64,000 nucleotides of DNA from Lophium mytilinum. Lineage: Eukaryota. The notes below the pieces were generated by a model. It saw nothing but the letters and a program-made list of their open reading frames with translations, did not search any database and was not told where the DNA came from. The first letter of the stretch is position 1. Every line of letters starts with the position of its first letter. Shown in pieces: positions 35,501-47,761 of this stretch. The translations under genes and the position numbers were made by a program. The stretch spans positions 682,001 to 746,000 of the forward strand of contig MU004183.1 in assembly GCA_010093605.1 (NCBI GenBank), in the 5' to 3' direction.

Positions 35501-38500
35501 GGGCCCAGCTCTCCTCCAATCTCCCTTTACCCCGCTGTCACACCCCAACGCCCTATGATCTCATGCTACTCAAGAAAACGATCCTCAGATTGCTTCTGCG
35601 TTTATAGCCTGCGATGCTTCTCCCTTTCGATCCGGAGCTTGAATTCTGCAGGGACGGGTGTCTCGGGACTACTCCGCGTCAGGGAACAACCCACGAGCCA
35701 AAACAACTCACCGCGTAGATTAGTTGAACATAATGCAAGGTAATTGCAACAAAATCAGCAGTCCGAAAAGCAACGTTCCACAGACACCACGTATCTCCTT
35801 CCATTGGGGGCTGCTCGCTGCTCAATCTGGCCGAGATTCTATATGCAGAACAAGCCAGGCTCGCGCAGCTGCGGCATTTGTCTCCATCTCGAACATGCGT
35901 GTAGTGATCCTCCAAGCTGAAGCTCCGGTGCAGAAGCTCAAGCACTCATTGCCAACCAAGATGACGAGCTGACGGAAGGTAAGCCGAGTTTGATGTTGAT
36001 TGATTCCTGCAACACTATGACGCGCATGCATATGGTATACTGACGGGGTCATACTATGAGCGAGTTCAACTGTCACGATAAGCGTGGGTTGGACATCTTC
36101 GGCAACGGACGGACCCATTTGAGGTTTCTATAGCCGGTACTGTGCCTGGGCTTGCAGGTGCAGGCGGTAGCATCTCAATCCGGGAAGCAGATTCACCAAG
36201 CTGCCCGAGCTTTTCGGGCCGCAGATGCCAGAACTCCCAGACCTTGGACGTCGGGAACGGAGCCGGAGAGACCCCACTTGTGGCTGCATACCCCTCAGCA
36301 CCCTCCCTTGATGTGGCGTTTACTGGTTGAATTCGCTCGGAGCTCAAGAGGAGCTACTGGGACTAAAGGCCGTATCAGATCTATCTTCTTTCGTCGTCAT
36401 GCATTTCTGCAAGATAAGCGTAATCCGAACGCGTGGATGCCTACGAACGGTCCTTTACCCTCTTCACATGCGACAATGGAGAGTCCGAGTGCTCCGAAAT
36501 ATCCGTCCTGCAGAATTATCTCTCTGAGTGGATGTATCCCACCAGAATCGTTCGATCACGAACCCGTGCTTTGGTTCCAAGTAAGAATCCTGTCGTTGAA
36601 CCCAACAGTCTGCACGTGAGCTAGTTTGTACGAGCATGTGAATTCAAGTTGAGAAATGTTTTCCCTAGATCAGCTGTGTCATCAAGTCTCTGCCCAGGTT
36701 TTTCTGTTGTCAGCTGTAGTCTCAACGCCCAATATAGCCAATAGAAGTGTGAAAGATGGCCAATTGCGCCCAGCAATGGTGATTCGGTGTTCGGTCATTC
36801 ACCTTTGGCCCGTTACGTACCACTGGCTAAAGTAGCCCGGTTTCAGTCAAAATTTGGGTAAGATTTAAATTGCGCTTTGTAAAGACCATCAAAATGCAAT
36901 TGTGGGGTTGGGTATCGAGTACTCCTGAGTACGAATACGAATACGAAGCTTACTCGAGTCCACCGTCCTAGATATCCACAAGATGCAAGTTCCCTCGGAA
37001 TCACTCTTATTTCGCTGGGAATTTCCATAAGGCTCCGTCTATACCTGAAGGGATGCAACGTAGCTCGCAGATCCAGAAGACACATTGAGTATCTATAGAC
37101 GATATGATGACAGAGCGTCAACATGTATTATCACACTACATTTGCTCTTATTAGAACTTCCGTAGCAGATATGTCAAGTACTCTAGTTTCGTGCCATTCT
37201 CATCATCGGCGCCTCCGTTCCATGGGTCACCTCCTATCGGCATCGGTCAGGAAGTAAGAGCCCAGCATGCTTTTCATGATGAAAGCGACTGTCACGGGTC
37301 TACGCCGCTCTACGCGCCTATGAGACCGCGCTCTACACACTTCGGACACTACATGGCGAATTGTCTACGAGGAAGCATCTCAACTACCTTGGCTGTCATT
37401 TGCATTGGAACTGCGCACCCCCCTCGCAGAAAGTGACTACGCGGTATTTACCCCGCGTACACCCAATGGAACCGTGTATAGTTATACCCGTCGCTGTATT
37501 CATGTCAGTAATTAGTAGTGATAGGTATATGTCAGTGAATACACCCCAGTCTCCCTCTTCCATCTTGTATATCCTCATTGTCTACTCGTAGAAAGATATC
37601 ATCTCTGACAAGCTCTCCAGCAGATTCTGTGATGCCCCAAGATACTCGCTCTCTGACTCTTCCCTATGGCCTCATCTGCCCCCAGTCGCCAATACAACTA
37701 CTATAATTTGTTGAAATACCGAACCTATAGCCTTTCTCAGGAGGGGTTGATTTATCTGATATAGGCTATACAAGGACTCGTCTTAGACAACTTCTCTTAT
37801 CCGATATGAGTTGGGGTTTCATCTTCCAGTATAAGTTCATCATGTCAGCACGTAGCAGAAGGATCGCCAGTGTAAGGCAGGTGCAAGTGCGAATAAATGC
37901 AGGTGGTAGACGCACACTCCCAGACAGATTGGACGGAACCTGACGGCGGCTACCTCCGCATCTTTCCTCGCCTCTTGAGGCCAGTCCCAATTTTGAAGTC
38001 GATGCTGTATTCAGGAGGCCAAGTACATCAGATCTACTACGTATGCTCTACGCGATGCACACAGGTGGTTGGTTGATCTCATGATAAATGGATCTTGCTC
38101 TGCAAATTGCTTGCTTGGTCAGACACTCTATTAAAAAGGTTTCGGAGGGTGCAAGCTTATTGAAATAAATGAGGAATTGATGAGAAGAGCTAGGAGAAGC
38201 TGCTGAAGTGATCCCAATTCACTTTGAGTCTCAGTGGTAAGTGAATCAATACCAATGTGGTGCCTTTGAAACATGATAATTACATACGAAGCACTCACCT
38301 CCTTCGGGTTACTTCATATCACTTCAGTATGCACCATTCATTGCTTGTGCTGTCTATCAAGCAGTAGCAGAGTAGACCGCACGCTATACACTCCGATGAT
38401 TCTTTGCCGTCATTGTAGATGCGGAGAAACCATGTAGCAAATAATCAAGCATGTGGACCTCAACTTTGTATGCGTTGAATATATCAGGTGCCTTAATATG

Positions 38501-38744
38501 TTCTTCTATCAATTGGCTCCTTATTGTCTCTTTTTGGCGTTTTCCCAATAATCTTGCCATAAGTTCAGGCCAGACATCTGTATGTTCACAGGAGAACATA
38601 ACACTATCTGAGATTGAGATCTATCTTTGCCATGAAGTCCCCGTCTCTTTCATTTAATTTCTTTCCTTCCTGTTTCAAACAAGCATTAGGTTCATGTACA
38701 GTTCCCTCAGATTCACAAGCATGTCCGATCCTCTTACTTTACTG

Positions 38745-39093
38745 TCGCGAAATGTATAAATGGGAGCTTGCCCGTGCGAGTCGAAGTCTGTTTGGGCCTG
38801 TTTTGAACGACGCTTCAAATCAGGCCACAGGATTAAGGTTGATTTAAGTGTCGCGAGATGTATAAACGGGAGCTAGTCCGTGCGATATGAAGGCTGTTTT
38901 GGCAAGTTACTGGACGGCGCTTCAAATCGGGCCACGAGATCAATGTTGATTTCAGTGTCATGAGATATACAGACGGGAGCCAGTCCGTGTGATTTGAAGG
39001 CTGTTTGGGCATGTTTTTGGACGACGCTTTCAAACGGGTCACAAGATCAAAGATTCAAGGTCATGAGCTATATGAACGGGAGACAGTCCGTGA
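38745..39093. repeat. Tandem array, ~106-bp unit, ~3.3 copies
   Basis: TC[G/A][C/T]GA..T.TA..[A/G]A.GGGAG...G.CCGTG units start at 38745, 38851, 38958 and 39061. Confidence 0.9.
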
Positions 39094-42000
39094 TTTTCCT
39101 TTTGCAAAGGTCGAGTATCAGAAATAAGTTTCTACAAACCATCTAAAATGCTCCAGTATATGTATATACATTACAACTATAGCATCATTTCATCCAAAGC
39201 TGTCCTTCAACTCTCCACGAAACAAGATCCCAAGTCATACATCAGTCTTTGCGGAGAAGCGCTTCAAATTGGCTCCTTTAGATCGGAATGGATCATCGTA
39301 GAGATCGTGAGAAATGGCACGTGGACCTCAGAAGGCCAACAAGTACTAACTTTTCTCCGTAGTAATCTATATGATGATATATCATATCTGCTCTTACTGG
39401 TGACGAACTCGCTAAACTGTCTCGGACTCTGATGCCCAAGGCGTATTAAGTCAAGCATATTGGAACTTCTTTCGACCGCAAAAGACGACGAGTCAACATA
39501 GAGCAAACCCGGCGGACGTCAACGCTTTGGTTTTTGAATAGGAAGCGCCAACAAGATCTTCCAAGTCAAGACTGCTTGAGGGTCTGGAGGGCCTTTCACT
39601 CCAACGCACCACAGTTCTATAGGTTCAATACCAATGCGACGGTTGCCTGAGATTCTCGCACGTTGAGTTGTGAGATTCTCTAATTCCATATTGAGCGTGA
39701 ACTCTCACTCAAACCTCAACTCAATGACTGCTACAGCTGATCTACGTAGCCAGGACTGTGATCGAGCACACCATGAAGCAGGACACCCTAAACCAGATAC
39801 CAACTTGACCACTGTCACAGCCGATCTCCTTTGCCTATGGCTGTATTCAAGCAACCCCTGGAGCAAGACACTCCCTAGCCACAAGGAACGGTACACTTCA
39901 ACATCAGAACACTGCTTTAGCTATTGCTGGCTGTTCCGCGCATCTGCTCTGCTGCAGGAGCGAACTGCACAAGATCGGTCTCCTGAAGGCATCCAGATAC
40001 ACTGTCACAGTCCTTGCATCTCCTGACGACCTCGTTACACAAGTACGAAAGATATCCACATGAAGAGAAAGCATAACGTAAATTAGTGAAGCGGGCAAGA
40101 TTTGCTGAGGCGGACGAATGTCGGCAGCACTACTCTATTCGCATCTGGCTGGCTCCTGCGAGCTGCACGCCGCACGCTGCAGGTTGCAATATTGAAATTG
40201 CAGCAAGACATTATTCGGGTGTGCCGACATCCCCAGCGCGTTGTTGTCCCCTTATCTGGTAGATCGTGCAGCAAACTAGCGTATTGCCAGCAGAGGGTCT
40301 CACTGGCATGATCGAAACGCCATGTCCTACAATTCGAGGGCCCATATCTGCAAGATGCAGCCAATCGCAGACGCAGCAACGACGCGGCTCGAGATCGACG
40401 AGATCGCCCATCTAGCAGCCGTTCTGCCCCCCTTCACTAAATTGCGACGGGCAGAGCAGTCCACGTTTTCGGAGCTCCCATCATCGGTTCCAACGCCACA
40501 CATTTTGTGAAATAATCTGGAAATCGTGATCCGCAGGAGGTTTTATCGACCGTGGGGGACAGCTGTACTGGCGTTCTGGCGGTCAAAAAAAATTAAAGAC
40601 CCGAAAGGACGCCACGATGCCACAAAGCGCCATCCTTGCGCAAATCGAAGATCTCGCGCCGGACCGCTCATCCTGGCCGATTTGTGTTCTCCACTGCGAA
40701 GCGCAAGGAAATTAGCACCGTGCTTGATGCAAGCCGCTTTTCCTGCCTCTCCACATTTTGCGGCGTCGTTGCGCGATTTCGTTATCTCCACCATCACCCT
40801 GGGGCTTGTCTGGCATCGAGGTTGGGCTTTTAGCGCAATGACTGTGCGCCGCCACTGCAACCTGGCAGCTTCAACACCACAGGCCTCGATATCTAGACCT
40901 CCAATATGGCGTTAGGGCACGCTTCCGGACGAGGCTGGGCCCAGTTGGCGTGGGGCTTGTGCAGCAACCTTCTTCGGGGACGCTCCGTACCTGCAAACGC
41001 GTCGTCGTCCATGGTTGACTACCGCCGCCGGCGTCGCCTCCGCGCCTGGGCCATAAATTATACTTCGGCGCGGGAGCAGCGCAGGAGAAACGGAGAACTC
41101 CCCGACCAGGTACCGGCAGTCGTCCTCCTCGACGGGGGTCTGATATCGAACGAGGATTTGAGATTGGTGTTTTCGTCATTGACTTTGAGATGGAGATTTG
41201 ACTCGACGAGAGCTGCGTAGACCGCATCTCGAACACAGCAAGCCGATCGCGGATCGCGGGTACGTGCATGGCTTGACCCACGAATGCTCTAAGGCGCCGG
41301 TAGTGCTTTCAACGCTGGCCAGACGCTAGCGGCATGTTCATCGATGTCAACGTGTCGAAAATGTCAAATCTATCGAGAGCTATTAGCAACATGATTGCAG
41401 GTCTCCGGTCAGAACGTAATGCACCAACTACAAGTGGCAGCTCCCAATGCGAGGACTGCACATCCCATCTCCTTGACCAAATAGATCAAGTAGACGGCGG
41501 CTGTCAATGACGCTATCGTATCTTTCCTGCATTCTCTCTAACACTCTCGTTACGACCGAATTCGTCGACGAGAACTGAGGTTCCAGCACCATGGTTCGAC
41601 CGTCCCAAACGCAGGTTGCCGCCGGACGCAGGCAATCGCTGGGACTGTGCAAAGCGACCCAATACTTTTGGGAATACTCTTTATTGGAGTATCGCGGTCC
41701 ACGTCATCACATATCGTGAGCGTACAAGCTCGTTAAGAGGTCGGGACTGTCTCCACGTTGATCACGACATGCTCCTTGCTTCATGTACAGTGCCCCATAT
41801 TTCTTAATCGAAAAGCATCATCCCGACGATTCGCTCCGATAAAGTGAATCCGGGTCCATGGGCGAACACGCCGTGCGCATAGGACTCCAATGTCGTGGTA
41901 TCATCGATGTGCAATCTATCCACAGCGCTTCAGCGGGATCCTGCAGGAGGGAGAAAGAGAGTTTCGGGGATATTATTGACACGAACTGAATTACGCAGGA

Positions 42001-42970
42001 CAGGCCGTTAGCAAAGCTGAGGTTTCATTGATATTGACTTCGAGAAACGTGGGCGATAACCCAGACCCTGTGCATGCGCAAAGGCTAGAAAGAGATAGAT
42101 GAAGAAAGACGGAGCTGACGAGCATGCGTCAATACAATCGTGGTTGTACCAAGTCCTTCTCGAACCCCGTATCACACGTTCTTCAGCCCTTGTCCCTGCC
42201 TACACTGCGTCGGCGCTCTCACAAAGGGTCCACGGAAAGAGAACACCTTCCACGACATCAATGCCATGTCGTCGGATTAAGGGCCTACCACCACGTTGTG
42301 TGGTTGCATGTCGCACGACTGGCTGCACAGCTCGTGGTGCATTATCTAGCTCGTTTCCTCCGGCGGAACGTTCGGGACTGAGGTTACACGAGGCGTCGAC
42401 GCGTTCTGACAATAAGCAGACCCCTATCGGAGAGTTGCAGTCCTTTTGCCAACGTCTCCGTGTTGTGATCGCCATCCTGCATACGTATGGCGTCTGCGTC
42501 AGAGTGAACCGTCGTTCTGTGCAACTCAGGGGGTTTACTCCGGAATGTCGCACAAGAAAAGTTCTACCACCCAAACCATTGAAGCGAGCGGTGGTACAAA
42601 GGGTTTGTCGGCGTCATGTCCCACGTCTATACCACATCCTCGGCGCTTGTGGTTGTTTCGTCCTGGTACCATTTACACGACCTGTGAAATACACGTAAGA
42701 CTTAAGTCAGACATGTTAAGAAGAAATAATTGGGTAGACTGATTAATGAGGAGGAGACTTTGCACGTTGTACTTCTCCCTCACCGCTAGAACATCGTGTC
42801 CTGCGGCGCTCGCACTGCAGAGATGACTTGACGAGAGCATCGACTCGCTCACTTTCCTCACCCACACTGACGCCCAGCTTCACCGCCTCGTCCCTCGCGT
42901 CGCTGCCCTCATCTGGGGCTGTACATGACAAGAGATCTTTTTTTGTCGACCTCCTTCGTCGCGACGTGTA

Positions 42971-45900
42971 CAGCCTTGACCGAAATCAGAGGCCGCCCCA
43001 AATTCGAAAAACATATTTTTAAATATAGATTTCGGGCCGCCACATAATCTCTACAAATAGGCTATTCCTGTAGTAGTAATTAGCCTGTTTTTTAGGGGAT
43101 TAAGTAGACAATAATAATAATAAATAAACTAGATTTCGCCGAGCCCTTCTATTCTATCTGCTATATTCTCTCTTCCTTCTTTCCTATATAGATTTCTTAT
43201 AATAGCTTCTTATTTTCTTTACTACTATACCTGCCCGCCTAAGTAAATACGCCTACAACGCCGCCAACATACTAATTAAGGGCGGAATTACCTCTTATAA
43301 GCTTAGCTATAAGCTTAATTACTACTAGAGGACTATAAGAAAGTTAATAAGGTAGTAGAGGGCCTAGGGCACTACCTACGCACCTTCTAATTAAGTAGGA
43401 AGATAGCGCAGCCTTACTATAGTAATAGTTATCTATTTACTAGTATAGCTTACTAAAAAGCTAATACTATATATAGATAAGATGCAGTAGCTACTATATA
43501 ATAAGTTTAGCGCTATTATTTCTTACTTATCTATTATAAGAGAGTTAAGGCTAGCCGGTTAGAATAGAAAGATAGTAAGTATACTACCTAGTAGATAGAG
43601 CCTATACTAATATACCTAGTACTACTATTACGCCCTTAAATATAGCTATAAGGTACGTAATATATATATAGTGTAGATTTTATAGTTCTAGGCTAATTAG
43701 CTTATATTTATTAATAAATTAGGTGCTAACTTAAAGACCGGCGTAAGAAAGTTTAGATAGTCTTCTATAGGCGTTGCGCTAGTATAGAGAGTACTATATA
43801 ATTAAGGAGAGACGCGGCTTAATATACTACTAGCCTATACTATTAATAGTATTCTTATCTTATTAGTATATAAAGGAGCTATAAATAATAAGAGCTATAA
43901 GTACTAGATTTAGAACTACCTTCTTCCAGCGTGTAGTTAATTTCCTGCGCTAAAATTAGTAGTAGTTATAGATAATACAAGCTTCTACTACTCTAATTAG
44001 ATAGAAGCTTTATTTAGAGAGGTAGGCGTTATTTTAGTATATCTACTGCTATATTTACTAGATTTAAACCTAATTAAGAAGTTTTTTAGTAAGCTAAAGA
44101 GCTTTATATATTATAGCTAGCTAGCTTAAATAGGCTACTCTAAGTACTTTAAGTATAGCTTTAAATAGTTTCTAAAGTATTATATAGAGGTAGTAGGTAG
44201 TAATAGGGCTTAGGCGAGAGGCTATTTTAAATATAGTAGTTATATTTAAGAATATAAAGAAGAATATAGAGGAGGTTATAGTTAGTAGAAGGTTATTCTC
44301 TCTAGCGTTTACTATTAATTTCTAGAAGTGTAGGTAAATTAAAATATACTAGCAGCTAATTAGCTTACTTATTATATTAGCGTGTACCTTATTCTTACTT
44401 CTTCTAAGTCTATTCTACCCCTACGCTAAACTACGGCCTCTAATTAGCTTAAACGGCTGCTACCTAGAGCTAAGTAACTATAGCCTAGAAAATTAATAGG
44501 GGTATAGGCTATAGTTATATAGTAAGTCTATATATATACTTACTATTGCGCTAATAGCTATTAGCGTGCTCGCTAAGTTAATATACAGCCTCTAATTAGC
44601 TTAAATAAGGGCTAAGCTAAACGGAAAGGCTATATATAGACTTTCTATTTAATAGTAAATATAAATATAGTATATAAAAAGAGGATATATATATAAAATA
44701 GTATATATTTTATATATAGAAATAGTAAGTAAATATACTATAGTTTTATATAGCATTTCTCCTTTATATATAACTGTTTTTGCCCGTTTAAATAAGCTTA
44801 ATTTACCTCTCTCTCGCGCCTATAGCTTATCCTGCGTTTCTTCCTCCTCTACTAATACCTCTATTCTCTTCTTCTTCTACTACTTAACTTCTTTAATTAT
44901 ATTGCTAATTAATATATTAGAAACGCCTATATCTATTATAATAGCCCTTACCGCCGCCTTATCTTTATAGATATAATCTAGGGTTATCTACTACTTCTAG
45001 AGAGCCTTTTAAGCTACCTAGAACTTCTCTACCTACTTAGAATTATTCTATACGCTCGCCTTAAGGCTATTAAAGTACTCCTCTATATTCTAGACGCAAT
45101 TTTTAACTCTATTTACATATTAAATATATAGCGGCGGCAATAACAGCAGCTTAGTTAGTGCCCTCTTTAACCTCTTTCTCCTCCTTAATAGCAACCTAGA
45201 TTCTAAGCTTAAGCTATACCTGCGGTGGTAGCTACTAACTACCTAATTATTAAGGACTATAATAACTAGTATAGGCGCTGCTAGCGTTACTAGAGCTAGC
45301 GTTAATTTAGGCCTTAATTGCCTATTATCTTATTACTTCTAGAATATCTTTATTATTGCCCGCGGAGGCGTCTCTATATTAATACTATTCTCTCCTCTTA
45401 CTATAGTCTAGCTTATAAGGTTACCCGTAAGAATTCTAATATATACGCCGTCTATTTAAAAGCACTAGCTTAATAACTATATATAGGTTTAATTGCTGCA
45501 CCTCTACTATCTTATAAAAGCTATCTAGAAGAGCTGTGCACTACTAGTAGCCTTATTAACTAGTACTAATTAAGTAGATAGAGCTCTAGCTAACTAAGCT
45601 ACTATAGAATTTAACACCGGGCCGCCTATTCCGCCGGCGCTGCCCTAATTAGTATAGAATAATTCTATCTTAATTATTAATAGCTTCTATATATTAGTAT
45701 TATTAATATAGTCTATCTAATTAATTACCTTCTTATTAAAGCGTTAGTAGTTCTTCTTCTTCTCTAGGTTAATTAAGAGCTTTAAAAGCTTTACGCTATA
45801 CTATATAGTATTAAACTTTATCTTAATAGGCGGGGCTAATATCTAGTTACCCGCTAGGTTATATATATAAAGAGTAGCCTATACTTTTAGATAGATAATC

Positions 45901-46874
45901 TTTACCTAGAGCACCGCGCACAGAACGCCTTATTTCTTAAAGGTGTCCTCTAGTAAGATTCTTACTACCTACTTATCTATCTTTACCTTAATTACTAATA
46001 GTATATTATATATAGTAAATATACAGCCGCGCGGCGGCCTATAGACCTTCTATTAGCGCCCCTACTAGTAGAGAATTAGCTTTTTTAGAGTATTATTACT
46101 ATTACTATACTCTATAGGCGCCCGTAATATATAATATAGAGGTAAGATAGTTAAGGCTATTTAAGAGGCTATTTAAGAGGCTATTTAAGGGGTAGATCTA
46201 GCTAATAATAATAGCGTAGGTAGGCAGCTATAGCCCCCTCTAGGGGCCCTCTAGTTCTTAAACGCCTAGCTATTCTCTTTAAAATTATAGCTAATTTTAG
46301 AGCTATAGTTATCTATAGGCGGTAGTAATAGCCCTTTAAAAGGCGCCTTTTCTACTAGTACTCCGCCTATAATCTTATTAATTAATAGGCCGCTAAGTAG
46401 CTTAGCTGCTTCTATATTAGTATAGTTAAGCTAGGTTAAAGAGGGTAGCTATATTAGGCTATTAATTAGCTAAGAATAGAAATTAAATAAGGCTATACTT
46501 AGAAGCTGTTAAGATTTATTAAAATTTAATAACAATAGTAAATTAGGCGGGCGATAAGAAATAGAGGCTAACTCTAGGTTGTTTAATAATATTACAGCGT
46601 TGCGTTAAGGTTTCTAGTAATTTAGAAAGAAGGCTATTATTAAAAAGTAGTAAATAGGTAAGTATAAGCTTTCTTAGCCCTCTCTATATAAGTATAAGAT
46701 AATATAAACTTTATATTACTATAGTAATTGTAGCCGGGCACTTAATCCCCTAAAAAACAGGCTAATTACTACTACAGGAATAGCCTATTTATAGAGATTA
46801 CATGGCGGCCCGAAATCTATATTTAAAAATACGTTTTTCAAATTTGGGGCGGCCTCTGATTTCGGTCAAGGCTG
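42971..46874 (+). mobile_element. Tc1/mariner-superfamily DNA transposon (3904 bp), heavily RIP-mutated
   Basis: 135-bp TIRs at 42971-43105 and 46740-46874 (CAGCCTTGACCGAAATCAGAGG...) with a TA duplication on both sides. The interior is abruptly AT/TpA-rich and lacks ORFs. Confidence 0.95.
43200..44230 (+). pseudogene. RIP-inactivated DD34E (IS630/Tc1-like) transposase
   Basis: LIFINKLG..KTGVRKF (ex-FVDESG) near 43700, and VVIDNTSFYYSN*IEALFREVGVILVYLLLYLLDLNLIKKFFSKLK (ex-MDNASFH...LPPYSPDLNPIEEFF) at ~43960-44100. There are 34 residues between D and the ex-E. Boundaries are approximate. Confidence 0.85.
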
Positions 46875-47721
46875 TACAGCGTAGTGTCTCAACGTATGGC
46901 GGGAATTTTTACTTGACAAAGACACAGCCCCTACAGGTCGCCTTGTTACCGACTTAGCTTAAAGGTTGTCGTGGAAGGATCGGGTCATCATCCATCGCGC
47001 CGGGATCCCCATGTCTCATTACCTACAACGGTACCACGGGACGAGTTCGATTCAAATCCCATGTTCCCTGACTCTTCTGTCCCCCACAGTGGAAGTTAAG
47101 GCTGTGCTTCGACGTGGCGATAGCCGTTGGGCCAGTATGATCGACGGGTCTAATGATCCTCTGGACCCAGATTTCAGCCCCTGGGCTCGAACACGAGCCC
47201 CAAGGGCTGTGTTTCCTGTACTTTCTGAAACAAACAGGAAAAGTGTCGTCGCGGTCAAGATCTGTGGCAAGTCGTCGCGAGACGGTAGGATTCTAACTTT
47301 AGACTCTAGTCAGGTCGCGGGCGGTTGGACAGGAAGGGAGGCCTCAAAAGCTTAATGCCCCACGACCGCTCAGGCCTGTGGCTCATTGTGGGGGCTGGGG
47401 CGGGAACACGACGGAGTATGACCGAGAATGCACAACGCTGAAACAGTATAGGAAAAAGGGAAAAATAAGCTTATACGACATTTCGATTGGAGGCTTGGCT
47501 TTACGAGTTTGTTTAGCGCTGCGTATTGCCTACTGCGGTGTTCCGAGCAGTGTGGTGGGAAGTTGCACCGCTGGGGCCCGGCATCTTCCAGTGCGCTCGT
47601 AAAAGTGTGGCAAGGGAGAAGGAATACGAATGGATGGGCGTCTACAAGTTCTCATCTGGGATCGTCAATATTGAGCTGATGCTGTGATGCCGACGGTGCC
47701 GAATGGAAGCTCCACGGTGGA

Positions 47722-47761
47722 GTCTCGCCCAGGCGCCCAGCAAATCTCAGGGCCTGCCAGC
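47722..47761 (+). repeat. Copy 1 of a 40-bp dispersed duplicated element upstream of CMR1
   Basis: GTCTCGCCCAGGCGCCCAGCAAATCTCAGGGCCTGCCAGC. Confidence 0.85.

Noticed and set aside
46966..47355. 129-aa ORF as a gene disrupted by the transposon
   Set aside because: Non-ATG start, and I could not rebuild a continuous frame across the insertion site.
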